A stretch of 55,305 bases of DNA, taken from NCBI GenBank assembly GCA_016193335.1, contig JACPSK010000004.1, positions 1 through 55,305 on the forward strand. The letters run 5' to 3'. Origin of the DNA: Candidatus Magasanikiibacteriota bacterium. Its GTDB lineage: Bacteria; Patescibacteriota; Patescibacteriia; Magasanikbacterales; UBA922. Made by a program: the position numbers and the translations under genes. The notes beneath the pieces were generated by a model. The model worked only from the letters and a program-made list of their open reading frames with translations. It did not search any database and was not told the DNA's origin. Each line of letters begins with the position of its first letter. Position 1 is the first letter of the stretch. Of this stretch, positions 39,399 to 48,991 are shown in pieces.

Positions 39399-39932
39399 AT
39401 GTCTCATCTTATTCTCATCGGATTCAAGCATGTGGGAAAATCCGTTATCGGACAAGCGCTCGCTAAGGCTTTGAATTTGCCTTACTTAGACACAGACCGC
39501 GAGATAGAGAGAATCCATTTCGAAAAATCGGGCGATTCATTGAGCTGTCGCCAAATCGCGGAAAAGTTCGGTCTGGATTATTTTCGAGATCTGGAATCCG
39601 AAGCTTTGGTCAGTCTTCTTGCGCGCGTCGAACCGCAGGTGCTTTCCACGGGTGGCGGCACGCCAATACGAAACGGCAATCGTGACCGGATTAAAGAGCA
39701 CACTGTTATTCATGTTCAGGCCCCCAAGGGCCATGTCTACGAGAGAATTTTATCGGACGGACGGCCCGCGTTTTGTCCGCCAGGCTCAGAGCCGCTTATC
39801 GCACTCCAAAAGATTTGGGAAGAGCGCGAACCAGTATACCGGGCGCTTGCCAACATAAGCATAGTAAACGACGGCACCATAGACAAAGCTGTGGAACGTA
39901 TTATTGAAGCCGTATCAGTACGGACTCTATGA
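39399..39932 (+). CDS. aroK: shikimate kinase
   Basis: P-loop LIGFKHVGKSVIG, DTDREIE, and STGGG. Confidence 0.85.
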   Translation: MSHLILIGFKHVGKSVIGQALAKALNLPYLDTDREIERIHFEKSGDSLSCRQIAEKFGLDYFRDLESEALVSLLARVEPQVLSTGGGTPIRNGNRDRIKEHTVIHVQAPKGHVYERILSDGRPAFCPPGSEPLIALQKIWEEREPVYRALANISIVNDGTIDKAVERIIEAVSVRTL

Positions 39933-40354
39933 AGACGATTTTACTTATTCATGGCCCGAATTTAAATATGCTTGGGAAACGTGATCCGGAGCATTATGGT
40001 TCATTTACTTTGCCTGAACTTGAGGATCGGATGGTGGAGGAGTCTGAGAAGCGCTGTATAAACCTCATCATGTTTCAGTCCAATCACGAGGGGGCATTGA
40101 TTGATTTTTTGCAGGTAGAGGGGAGAAACGCGGACGCGATTATTATCAATCCCGGAGCTCTGACGCATTACAGCTATGCTTTGCACGACGCGATACAAGA
40201 CGCGAAACTACCGGCTCTTGAAGTTCATCTTTCCGATATAAAGAATCGCGAAGCCTGGCGCTCGGTCTCAGTTATCGCGCCGGCTTGCCTGGGCCAGATC
40301 ATGGGCAAGGGGATCGAGGGGTATATAGAGGCCTTGGACATATTGGCGCGGTAA
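39929..40354 (+). CDS. aroQ: type II 3-dehydroquinate dehydratase
   Basis: ILLIHGPNLNMLGKRDPEHYG, NPGALTHYSYALHDA and EVHLSDI. Confidence 0.93.
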   Translation: MKTILLIHGPNLNMLGKRDPEHYGSFTLPELEDRMVEESEKRCINLIMFQSNHEGALIDFLQVEGRNADAIIINPGALTHYSYALHDAIQDAKLPALEVHLSDIKNREAWRSVSVIAPACLGQIMGKGIEGYIEALDILAR

Positions 40355-40356
40355 AA

Positions 40357-41202
40357 ATGATTTTTATGCAATCTTTTCACAATTCTCAGATCACAGACAA
40401 CGCAATTATCGGTTATCCGCTCTCGCATAGTTTGAGCCCTGTTTTGCACGCATTCGTGTATGAAAAATACGGCCTGTCCGCGCGTATGGAAAAGCTTGAA
40501 GAAAAAAATATTGAGCGCGCCATGCAAGCTATTCGTAAAAAGCCTTATGCGCTCATCGCGGTAACGATTCCGCATAAAGTTGAGATCTTGAAGTATCTCG
40601 ATGAAATTAGCGAGACTGCGCGAGATATAGGCGCGGTGAATACCGTAATCAATATGGGCGGAGTTTTGAAAGGCTATAATACAGATATTACTGGCCTTGA
40701 ATACGCGCTCGGAGATATTCAAATACAAGATAAAGCCGTTTTGCTTCTCGGAGCAGGCGGAGCCGCTCGCCCGGCCGCTTATTGGGCAAAACAAAAAGGG
40801 CTTAATATACTATGCGCGAATCGTTCTCAGAAAGGCGCGGAAAATTTGGTTCAGAAGTTTGGCGGAGGCCTTGTTTCAATTGGACAGGTGGATCCGGAAA
40901 GGATCGGATTGATTATCAACGCCACGCCGATTGGAATGTATCCCAAGAGTGATCTTTCACCTTTGCCCTCCGAATTTTTCCGGCCGCATCATAGTATTTT
41001 TGATATGGTATATTCACCGCTTGAAACCATCTTACTCAAAAAGGCCAGAGCCGCGGGCGCGCGTACTATTTCCGGTCTCAACATGTTCGTGGCGCAGGGG
41101 TTGGAACAGATTCGATTGTGGAGCGGTTTTGACACTCTTTCATATGGGAGCCAGGCATTTGAATACCTCAGGTGTATGCTTATCCAGCCTGCTCGTGAAT
41201 GA
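40357..41202 (+). CDS. aroE: shikimate 5-dehydrogenase
   Basis: GYPLSHSLSPVLHA, VTIPHK, GAVNT, GYNTD and LLGAGGAAR. ATG 40357 follows directly after the aroQ stop. Confidence 0.9.
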   Translation: MIFMQSFHNSQITDNAIIGYPLSHSLSPVLHAFVYEKYGLSARMEKLEEKNIERAMQAIRKKPYALIAVTIPHKVEILKYLDEISETARDIGAVNTVINMGGVLKGYNTDITGLEYALGDIQIQDKAVLLLGAGGAARPAAYWAKQKGLNILCANRSQKGAENLVQKFGGGLVSIGQVDPERIGLIINATPIGMYPKSDLSPLPSEFFRPHHSIFDMVYSPLETILLKKARAAGARTISGLNMFVAQGLEQIRLWSGFDTLSYGSQAFEYLRCMLIQPARE

Positions 41203-41212
41203 TAAAGGAACC

Positions 41213-41240
41213 CGTAGATAAATTATAAATTAAAAATTTT
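41213..41240 (+). repeat. CGTAGATA + A/T-rich intergenic motif copy
   Basis: cgtagataaattataaattaaaaatttt. It ends 6 nt before ATG 41247. Confidence 0.6.
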
Positions 41241-41246
41241 CCTCTT

Positions 41247-42284
41247 ATGAATCTCAGAAAAATAAAAAAAATTCCGACTTCAGAAGAAATCATTCAGCAG
41301 TTTCCGCTTTCAGAAGCCGGTTTGGAACAAATCGCGAAAGACCGTCAGGAAATTAAAGATATTCTGGCCGGCAAAGATGACCGTATGATTTTTATTATTG
41401 GTCCTTGTTCGGCTTGGCCGCGTGAGGCCGTGATTGAATACGCAACTCGGCTTAAAGCATGCGGTGAAGGAATTAAAGATAAGATAAAACTTGTTTTGCG
41501 GGTTTACATTCAAAAACCCCGAACCACCAAAGGCTGGACTGGTCCGGTAAACCAGCCCGATCCTTTGGGTGTGCCGGATATAGAAGAGGGGATGAAATAT
41601 TCTCGATCTCTTATGGTCAGGGCGATTGAAATGGGTTTGCCTATAGCGGATGAAGCTCTGTTTACTCATAACGCGAAAGGATTTCTTGAACTTTTGAGCT
41701 GGGTTGCCGTGGGAGCGCGAAGCACCGAAGACCAGGAACATCGGATTTTCGCTTCTGCGATCGAGTGCGCGGTGGGCATGAAAAACCCGACCAGTGGCTC
41801 GATTGAGATCGGAGTAAACAGCATCATCGCGGCCCAATACCCGCATACGGCTGTTTTTCATGGCTATCAGGTGGAAACGGGCGGCAACCCTTACGCTCAT
41901 CTTGTCTTGCGTGGAGGAGATAAGGGCCCGAATTATGGCCTCGGGTCTATTGAGGAAGCGGCGCGCTTGATGGAAAAACATCAGATCAAAAATCCGGCCA
42001 TTATCATTGACGCCAGCCATGACAATTGTAAAATAGACGGAGAAAAATCGCTCGAACAACAGGAGAATATTGTGCATAGCGTGATAGAAACTCGCAAAAA
42101 GAATCCTCAAGCTCATAAAGTTGTCAAAGGATTTATGGTGGAAAGTTTTCTCAAACCCGGGAGCCAAAAGATTGATCCGCGTAAGCCCGAAGAAGTTGAC
42201 AGGGGAGGACTTTCGATCACTGATCCCTGTTTGGGCTGGCAAGAAACCGAAGATCTGCTCAAGCGTGCGGCGGGCGTGATTTAG
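41247..42284 (+). CDS. aroG: 3-deoxy-7-phosphoheptulonate (DAHP) synthase, class I-alpha (AroF/G/H type)
   Basis: DDRMIFIIGPCS, RVYIQKPRTTKGWTG, WVAVGARSTEDQEHR, VGMKN, LRGG, IIDASHDN and SITDPCLGWQETE parallel E. coli AroG. Confidence 0.9.
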   Translation: MNLRKIKKIPTSEEIIQQFPLSEAGLEQIAKDRQEIKDILAGKDDRMIFIIGPCSAWPREAVIEYATRLKACGEGIKDKIKLVLRVYIQKPRTTKGWTGPVNQPDPLGVPDIEEGMKYSRSLMVRAIEMGLPIADEALFTHNAKGFLELLSWVAVGARSTEDQEHRIFASAIECAVGMKNPTSGSIEIGVNSIIAAQYPHTAVFHGYQVETGGNPYAHLVLRGGDKGPNYGLGSIEEAARLMEKHQIKNPAIIIDASHDNCKIDGEKSLEQQENIVHSVIETRKKNPQAHKVVKGFMVESFLKPGSQKIDPRKPEEVDRGGLSITDPCLGWQETEDLLKRAAGVI

Positions 42285-42341
42285 GGGGGACAATCTGGGA
42301 GAAATTCAGTGTGACATAATTTGAATATTGGAGGTTAATTT

Positions 42342-43457
42342 ATGAATACAAAAAGTATTCAAGTCCGATTAGGTTCAGACATCAATCGAACATATTCCGT
42401 ACTCATAGGATCCGGGCTCTTTGATATTCTTGCTGAGCGTCTTGCCGGATATTCGGATATTTATCGTTTTGCTCTGATCAGTGATAAATCGGTGGCCGAT
42501 ATGTTTGCCGAACCGCTGATGCGGGCCCTTAGGGAGAAAAATCTTGATGTTGAATCTCTCGCATTTCCCACGGGCGAGGAACACAAAAATCAGGCAACAA
42601 AAACCTTGCTTGATAGCGAACTCCTCAAGCGCGGATTTGGACGCGATAGTATGATAATCGCCCTTGGAGGCGGAGTGAGCGGTGATATGGCAGGCTTTGT
42701 GGCGGCCACCTATATGCGCGGTATTCCTTATGTGCATGTGCCAACAACATTTCTCTCGATGGTGGACAGTTCGATTGGCGGTAAAACCGGCGTCAATACC
42801 GCCTATGGGAAAAATCTTATCGGCGCGTATCATCAGCCGCGACTGGTACTGCAAGATTTAAAGATGCTTAAAGATCTGCCGGAACACCAGATGGTGAATG
42901 GACTTTTTGAAGCGATAAAAATGTTTTGCACGAGTGACGCGGATATGTTCGCATATGTTCGCGATAATCGAGAGGCTCTCTTTGCCAAAGACCAAACAGT
43001 ACTCCTTCGGATTGTTGAAGGAGCCGTGAAAATAAAAGCAGGCATTGTATCTATGGATGAACGGGAATCCAATGAACGTATGCTGCTGAATTTCGGCCAT
43101 ACTATTGGACATGCTCTGGAATTGCTTTCAGATTATAGGATTCCTCACGGATACGCGGTAGCTTGCGGCATGATCGCGGAAACCAAAATGGCTGAGCTTG
43201 CTGGCATAGCCGAGCCCGGACTAACGACACAGATCAAAGAGTTATTGGTCTCGTGTGGGCTTGATACAGAACCCCTCAGTTTATTCAATCCAGAAGATGT
43301 GCTATCGGCAACGGCAAAAGACAAAAAGACGAGAAAAGCCGTGGTTCGCTACATCCAGCTTGAAAGAATAGGCGAACCGCACCGAGCGGACGAAGCCTAT
43401 GCCGTTCCAGTTGATGGGAATATCGCGCTCAAGGCGCTCAAAGAATTAAAATCGTAA
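42342..43457 (+). CDS. aroB: 3-dehydroquinate synthase
   Basis: ALGGGVSGDMAGFVAATYMRGIPYVHVPTT, SSIGGKTGVN and NFGHTIGHALE. GGAGG lies upstream of the start. Confidence 0.93.
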   Translation: MNTKSIQVRLGSDINRTYSVLIGSGLFDILAERLAGYSDIYRFALISDKSVADMFAEPLMRALREKNLDVESLAFPTGEEHKNQATKTLLDSELLKRGFGRDSMIIALGGGVSGDMAGFVAATYMRGIPYVHVPTTFLSMVDSSIGGKTGVNTAYGKNLIGAYHQPRLVLQDLKMLKDLPEHQMVNGLFEAIKMFCTSDADMFAYVRDNREALFAKDQTVLLRIVEGAVKIKAGIVSMDERESNERMLLNFGHTIGHALELLSDYRIPHGYAVACGMIAETKMAELAGIAEPGLTTQIKELLVSCGLDTEPLSLFNPEDVLSATAKDKKTRKAVVRYIQLERIGEPHRADEAYAVPVDGNIALKALKELKS

Positions 43458-43460
43458 TAT

Positions 43461-44573
43461 ATGGCAGGTAACAGTTTTGGACAAGTATTTCGGATAAGTA
43501 CCTTTGGAGAATCGCATGGCGGCGCGCTTGGTGTTGTGATTGACGGTTGTCCGGCAGGGCTTGGAATTTCCGCGGACGAAATAGAAGCAGAGCTGAAACG
43601 TCGGGCTACCGGACAGAGTGAAATCACTTCGCCCCGCAAAGAAGAAGACAGAGTGGAAATTCTTTCCGGAGTATTTGAAGGGATGTCGCTCGGTACTCCC
43701 ATTGCTTTGCAAGTGAGAAATAAGGATGCCAGACCCGAGGATTATGAAAAATTAAAAGACATTTTCCGTCCCAGCCACGCGGATTTTACCTACGAACAAA
43801 AGTATGGACGCCGCATGTGGGCCGGCGGCGGACGTGCCAGCGCCCGCGAAACCACGGCCAGGGTTATGGCTGGCGCTTTGGCTCGAAACTTGCTCAAACA
43901 AGAAGCTGGCATAGAAATTTCGGCCGGCGTAACGCGGGTTTATGATATTGAAAGTGATGGGAATCTAAATGCGATAAGACGAGAAAATACAGAATCAAAT
44001 CTCATGCGTTGCCCGGACCCCGAGCTTGCCAAACGTATGCAGGCCGCGGTTGAGCGGGCAAAAGAAGAAGGTGATTCTTTGGGCGGAGTCATTACTTGCG
44101 TTGTTCGTAATGTCCCCGTGGGCTTGGGCGAGCCGGTATTTGATAAACTCGAAGCAGACTTGGCAAAAGCCTGTTTGTCTCTTCCGGCGACCAAGGGATT
44201 TGAAATCGGTTCAGGCTTTGCCGGAACTTTTATGAAAGGATCAGAGCATAATGACGCGTTTATTTCAAAAAAAGACGGGTCAATCGGCACTCTTAGCAAT
44301 CATTCCGGCGGTGTCCAAGGCGGCATTTCAAATGGAGAAGATATTGTCATTCGCGTGGCGTTCAAACCGGTTTCCACGATCAATAAGACACAAGACACGG
44401 TTGATCGAGAAGGAAACGCGGTAAAAATGGAAAATGTAAAGGGCCGGCATGATCCCTGCGTTTTGCCCCGAGCCGTGCCGATTGTGGAAGCCATGGTCGC
44501 CTTGGTTTTGGCGGATCATCTTTTAAGAGCTCGTCTTGCTCGGGTGAATGGGAAAATTGCTCGTGGTTTGTAA
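43461..44573 (+). CDS. aroC: chorismate synthase
   Basis: [43 protein letters not shown] and GRHDPCV. Confidence 0.95.
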   Translation: MAGNSFGQVFRISTFGESHGGALGVVIDGCPAGLGISADEIEAELKRRATGQSEITSPRKEEDRVEILSGVFEGMSLGTPIALQVRNKDARPEDYEKLKDIFRPSHADFTYEQKYGRRMWAGGGRASARETTARVMAGALARNLLKQEAGIEISAGVTRVYDIESDGNLNAIRRENTESNLMRCPDPELAKRMQAAVERAKEEGDSLGGVITCVVRNVPVGLGEPVFDKLEADLAKACLSLPATKGFEIGSGFAGTFMKGSEHNDAFISKKDGSIGTLSNHSGGVQGGISNGEDIVIRVAFKPVSTINKTQDTVDREGNAVKMENVKGRHDPCVLPRAVPIVEAMVALVLADHLLRARLARVNGKIARGL

Positions 44574-44590
44574 TAAATAATTGTGGTAGA

Positions 44591-44689
44591 AGAAATCCAA
44601 GGAATATTTTTTTCATAATGGCAAAACTCGTCCGGCCGAAGCTGGACTTAAACAGTTGCCATTATGAAAAAAATATTCCTTGGATTTCT
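44591..44689. repeat. perfect 34-bp inverted repeat with a 31-nt loop between aroC and pheA
   Basis: agaaatccaaggaatatttttttcataatggcaa (44591-44624) is the exact reverse complement of 44656-44689. The loop contains the mini-hairpin tccggc-cgaa-gctgga. Confidence 0.9.
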
Positions 44690-44738
44690 CAGCTCCATCC
44701 GTTATTTTAGATACATGTTATATAATTTTAGAGATATT

Positions 44739-45311
44739 ATGTCAGTACTGGATAAAAAAATGATCGCAGTCTCAGGTCTCGCCGGTTCATTTTCCGAAGA
44801 AGCGGGACTTTTGTATGCTCAGCGCGAAGGCTTCGAAGCAGAGTTTGTATTTTCTATTGATATGGAAGGCGTGCTCGCGGATCTTGACGCAGGTAGAGCG
44901 GAATTTGGCGTGTTTCCGGTGGTAAATTCACGGGGCGGTTTGGTACAAACCGCGTTTGAAGCCATGGGTAGACATCTGTTTAAAATGGTGGATGAGATCT
45001 GGATGGAAGTTCATCAATGTCTAATGGTTTTGTCTGACACGAAATTGGAAAATATCAAAAGAATAGCTACTCATCCTCAAGCCATTTCGCAATGCGAGCG
45101 ATATATCCGCCGTGAATTTCCGGACGCCGCCCTCGTAGAGTGGGAAGATACGGCAAAAGCGGCCGAAGATCTTGCAAAAGGGAAGTTTGACAAAAATACC
45201 GCGGTCATCGCCCCGGCCCGTTCGGCTCATTTGTATGGGCTTAAATTATTGGCAAAAGGAATTCAAGATAATCATCCGAATCTGACGACTTTTATTGTGG
45301 TAACAAAGTGA
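44739..45311 (+). CDS. pheA: prephenate dehydratase, catalytic PDT domain only (no ACT domain)
   Basis: IAVSGLAGSFSEEA, THPQAISQC and TAVIAPARSAHLYGL. The protein ends at NLTTFIVVTK, where an ACT domain would begin. The start is uncertain (44715, 44739 or 44760), and the track start 44664 lies inside the inverted repeat. Confidence 0.8.
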   Translation: MSVLDKKMIAVSGLAGSFSEEAGLLYAQREGFEAEFVFSIDMEGVLADLDAGRAEFGVFPVVNSRGGLVQTAFEAMGRHLFKMVDEIWMEVHQCLMVLSDTKLENIKRIATHPQAISQCERYIRREFPDAALVEWEDTAKAAEDLAKGKFDKNTAVIAPARSAHLYGLKLLAKGIQDNHPNLTTFIVVTK

Positions 45312-46078
45312 TTATGAGGTTTGGTGTTATTGGATATGGAAGATTTGGGAAATTGTGGGCGCAATTGTTGCGCTCTTTTGGGCATGTTTTGGTCTCAGAG
45401 ATCTCATGTGAATCGGGGACGCAAGATGAAGGCCTTGTTTTTGTGACTCTTCGAGAAGTCGTTGAAGTTGATTTGCTTTTTTTGCTGGTTCCGATTTCCG
45501 CGATGGAAGACTTATGTCGGGATTTGGAGCATATAATTGGTCCAAAAACTATTGTGGTAGACGCCTGTTCGGTAAAATGTTATCCTGCGCGTGTGATGAA
45601 AGAATACCTTCCACAGGGCCAAGAGATTATAGCCACTCATCCGCTTTTTGGCCCGGATTCGGTTGCAAAATTTGGATTGGAAGGGCGACAAATAGCCGTT
45701 TGCCCTGTGAGCGCGAAGGAAAAGAATGTGGTTTTTTTCAACTCAATGATGAAACGGATGGGCCTCTCTGTCATAGAAACGACGCCGGAAGAGCACGACA
45801 AACAAATGGCCCGTTCTCAAGCCTTGGTGCATTTTATAGGGAGAGGCCTCGGCCCTTTGGAGTTGAAGGATCAGGAAATTGCAACTCCCGATTACAAAAC
45901 TTTACTTCAAATGAACGCGATGGTGGAACATGATACCTGGGAATTGTTTTACGATATGCAGACATATAATCCCTACGCGGCAGATATGAGACAAGTATTT
46001 TTGAAGGAACTTGGAGAGCTTGAAACAAAGATCGAAGCTAGAACCCATCTCAAAAATAATTTTGAGCCGGGGTTCTAA
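45308..46078 (+). CDS. tyrA: prephenate/arogenate dehydrogenase
   Basis: Rossmann motif FGVIGYGRFGK, THPLFGPDS and PEEHDKQMARSQAL. An alternative ATG is at 45314. Confidence 0.85.
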   Translation: MIMRFGVIGYGRFGKLWAQLLRSFGHVLVSEISCESGTQDEGLVFVTLREVVEVDLLFLLVPISAMEDLCRDLEHIIGPKTIVVDACSVKCYPARVMKEYLPQGQEIIATHPLFGPDSVAKFGLEGRQIAVCPVSAKEKNVVFFNSMMKRMGLSVIETTPEEHDKQMARSQALVHFIGRGLGPLELKDQEIATPDYKTLLQMNAMVEHDTWELFYDMQTYNPYAADMRQVFLKELGELETKIEARTHLKNNFEPGF

Positions 46079-46205
46079 ATAGCTTGTTTGGAGCATTGAA
46101 AAATTCCGAAAAATGATGTCCAATGTAAGAAGAAATCGCTGCGCTTTGTTCCTCTTTCCCTTTTCAAGGGGGGTGAGAGGAGATTAGGAACTCAACATAG
46201 TATAT

Positions 46206-46469
46206 ATGAATAGTGATTTGCAAACATTTCGTCTCAAACTCGACAAGATAGATCGGAGCATCATGGGATTCTTGGCCGAGCGATGCGAAATAGCGCGATT
46301 GATCGGCGAGCACAAACGCGCGCAAGAGATTTCGGTCGAAGATCCGAATCGAGAATCAGTGATGCGCCAAGAACGAAAGCGTTTCGCTTCCGAGCATGGT
46401 CTCGATTTTGATTTTGTAGAAGCTGTGTTTTCTTTGTTGATACAAGAGTCCAAACATCTGCAACTTTGA
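46206..46469 (+). CDS. monofunctional chorismate mutase (AroQ class)
   Basis: 87 aa; LQTFRLKLDKIDRSIMGFLAERCEIARLIGEHK, which is typical of the CM_2 helical fold. Confidence 0.8.
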   Translation: MNSDLQTFRLKLDKIDRSIMGFLAERCEIARLIGEHKRAQEISVEDPNRESVMRQERKRFASEHGLDFDFVEAVFSLLIQESKHLQL

Positions 46470-46472
46470 TAT

Positions 46473-47639
46473 ATGAGATTCGCTCAAAGAACCCATATTC
46501 AAGCTTCCGCGACTGTTACTATCAATGGTTTGGCTTTAAAAAAACGCGCCGCTGGCGAGCGAGTGTTCAATTTATCGGCCGGAGAACCGATGGTCAACAC
46601 TAATTCCTTTGTTCTCGAAGCCGCTCGAAAGGCTATGGAAGAAGGGCGAACCCATTATACACCTGTGCCCGGCATCTCGGAGCTTCGGTCCGTGGCAAGC
46701 GTCTGGATGAACCGTTTTTACCAAAGCGATTTTTCACAGAGTCAGACTCTTGTAAGCGCCGGCGGCAAATCTGCTTATCATCTTGCCGTTCAAGCATTGG
46801 TAGAGCCCGGAGATGAAGTCATTATGATTGCTCCGTACTGGGTTTCGTATTCTTCCATAGTGGAATTGTACGGCGGCACTCCGATTGTGGTCAGTACAAA
46901 AGAATCTGATCATTGGAAATTGTCGCCTGAAGGATTAATAAAATTGTGCACCGGTAAAACAAAACTTTTTGTTTTAAATAATGCTTCAAATCCCACCGGA
47001 GTTTTGTACACGAGAGAAGAATTGAAAGCCTTACTCCAAATCGCCGCAGAGCGCGGTATTTTTGTGATATCGGATGAAGTCTACGGCGGTCTTGTATATG
47101 ATGATCATGAATTTGTTTCCGTTGGATCTTTTCGGGAATATAAGGATAAGGTCGCTATCATTCAAAGCGCTTCAAAGCAGTTTGCCATGACCGGTTGGCG
47201 GCTTGGTTTTGCCTTTGGACCGGAGGAATTTATAAAAGTTTTAATCACCCTTCAGGGCCAAGATACCACCTGCGCTTCAAGTATCAGCCAATATGCCGCG
47301 CTCGCGGCCTTTCAAAACGCGGATAAAATAATACCGGCGGTTCGGGGCTGTATGCAGGAAAGGAGAAATGTTTTTGTCCAAAGCTTCAATGAATTATTCC
47401 CCGAGCCTATAGACCCGCCTCTGTCATCATTATATTGTTTTATTCCTATTCGAGCTTTTGGTTCAAGTGAAATAAATTCAGTGGCTTTTTGTGAGCGCGT
47501 TCTTAAGGAAGCGAACGTGGCCATGGTTCCGGGAATGGCGTTTGGAACCGAAGCTTATGTGCGCTGTTCTTTTGGGGAAGAGGCAGAAGAGTTGACCGCA
47601 GGCTTGCAGGCTCTCGGTGAGTATCTTTCAAAATACTAA
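46473..47639 (+). CDS. class I/II PLP-dependent aminotransferase (aspartate/aromatic aminotransferase-like)
   Basis: 388 aa. NLSAGEP, NNASNPTG, and the PLP-lysine region SASKQFAMTGWRLG. Confidence 0.85.
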   Translation: MRFAQRTHIQASATVTINGLALKKRAAGERVFNLSAGEPMVNTNSFVLEAARKAMEEGRTHYTPVPGISELRSVASVWMNRFYQSDFSQSQTLVSAGGKSAYHLAVQALVEPGDEVIMIAPYWVSYSSIVELYGGTPIVVSTKESDHWKLSPEGLIKLCTGKTKLFVLNNASNPTGVLYTREELKALLQIAAERGIFVISDEVYGGLVYDDHEFVSVGSFREYKDKVAIIQSASKQFAMTGWRLGFAFGPEEFIKVLITLQGQDTTCASSISQYAALAAFQNADKIIPAVRGCMQERRNVFVQSFNELFPEPIDPPLSSLYCFIPIRAFGSSEINSVAFCERVLKEANVAMVPGMAFGTEAYVRCSFGEEAEELTAGLQALGEYLSKY

Positions 47640-47702
47640 GGTATGGACTAACGGCGTATGAGTGTTGTACCATAGATGTCGTCAGTTCAGATTTTTTAAA
47701 AT

Positions 47703-47733
47703 CAAAAATTACAAATTAAAAATTGAAAATTTT
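47703..47733 (+). repeat. A/T-rich intergenic motif copy
   Basis: caaaaattacaaattaaaaattgaaaatttt, upstream of trpS. Confidence 0.55.
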
Positions 47734-47744
47734 AGAACCAATGT

Positions 47745-48728
47745 ATGTCCAAACCAGTTATTTTTTCCGGCATCCAGCCCACAGGCAATCTGCATCTTGG
47801 CAATTATCTTGGCGCCATTAAGAATTGGGTTGAGATTCAAAACAGCGGTGAATATACCTGTTTTTTTTCGGTGGTTGATTATCATTCATTGAGCGGCGGC
47901 ATAAGCTCCGAAGAACGGCGCGAGCAGATTGCGCGGATCGCGGCGGAGCTGATCGCCGCGGGCATTGATCCGGATAAGTCAACACTGTTTGTCCAGTCTC
48001 ATGTTCCCGAACATACGGAATTGGCCTGGATTTTTAATTGCCTTACGCCGGTCGCTGAGCTTGAGCGTATGACGCAATTTAAAGATAAATCCAAAGCCCA
48101 GGCAAAAAATATAAACGCCGGCCTTTTCACTTACCCCGTTCTCCAAGCCGCCGATATCCTTCTTTATCACGGCACCCATGTGCCGGTTGGCGAAGATCAG
48201 ATCCAGCATGTGGAATTGACCCGAAACATAGCCCGCTGGTTCAACAAACGCTACGGGGATTATTTTCCAGAGACAAAAGTGATTCTCACCAAAACTCCGC
48301 GTGTAAAAAGTTTGTTGGATCCTGCGGCGAAAATGAGCAAGAGCAAAGGCGCTGGACATGTGATAGAGCTTGCGGACGAGCCGGAACTTGTTTTTAAAAA
48401 AATGAAAAAAGCCGTTACTGCCACCGAAGGGGGCGGCAGGGCGCCCGGGGTGGAAAATTTATTTGTTTTATTAAAAGAATTCGCGCCCGAAGAAATTTAC
48501 ACGCAGTTTAAACAAGAAGAAAAAAACGCTTCTATCCAATATGGATCTCTAAAAGAAGAATTGGGCCGTTGTATCGGCGAGCGCTTTGCGGAATTCAGGG
48601 AACGTCGCCGCGAATTGCTTGACACTCACGATGAATTGGCAGAAGTTTTGGCCAAGGGGGCGGAGAAAGCGCAACACGTGGCCATCGGGACCATAAAACG
48701 AGTGCGCGAAATGATTGGAGTCCGATGA
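47745..48728 (+). CDS. trpS: tryptophan--tRNA ligase
   Basis: FSGIQPTGNLHLGNYLGA (HIGH-type motif) and KMSKS; 327 aa. Confidence 0.95.
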   Translation: MSKPVIFSGIQPTGNLHLGNYLGAIKNWVEIQNSGEYTCFFSVVDYHSLSGGISSEERREQIARIAAELIAAGIDPDKSTLFVQSHVPEHTELAWIFNCLTPVAELERMTQFKDKSKAQAKNINAGLFTYPVLQAADILLYHGTHVPVGEDQIQHVELTRNIARWFNKRYGDYFPETKVILTKTPRVKSLLDPAAKMSKSKGAGHVIELADEPELVFKKMKKAVTATEGGGRAPGVENLFVLLKEFAPEEIYTQFKQEEKNASIQYGSLKEELGRCIGERFAEFRERRRELLDTHDELAEVLAKGAEKAQHVAIGTIKRVREMIGVR

Positions 48729-48896
48729 TATTGCCGTGCCATTCATGATTTTGTATTTAAGTTGTTGGTCGCGATTTTAATCGCTGGCAAGATCGGACGG
48801 AGAATTGTTGACTTTGTTTTTCATTTGCTTAGATAAAAATTCACTCGTGCGGATTTTTACTTGCCGGAACGAATTACACAAAAAATAAAAACATAC

Positions 48897-48925
48897 TTGA
48901 CGATGTTATTTTTTAGTACTATCAT
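48897..48925 (+). promoter_or_regulatory. promoter candidate TTGACG-17-TATCAT
   Basis: ttgacg at 48897-48902 and tatcat at 48920-48925. Confidence 0.45.
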
Positions 48926-48991
48926 ATTGTGATTCTGTCTGATTTTTGAGGATGTTCGAGTCGTCCTTTTCCAAACGAGGAGAGAGAAACC

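Noticed and set aside
41310-42293. 327-aa antisense ORF covering the DAHP synthase gene.
   Set aside because: The sense frame aligns along its whole length with AroG-type DAHP synthase; the antisense translation is unrecognisable.
44380-44714. ORFs starting MKKIFLGFL on both strands (44616 minus; 44664 plus as an N-terminal extension of pheA).
   Set aside because: These are mirror-image products of the perfect 34-bp inverted repeat. The minus ORF overlaps aroC, and the real pheA start is most likely downstream (44715-44760).
47640-47744. T-box leader or Trp-codon leader peptide upstream of trpS.
   Set aside because: The gap is only about 105 nt, it has no specifier/T-box-like strings, and its mini-ORFs contain no Trp codons. 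It mainly holds an A/T-motif copy.
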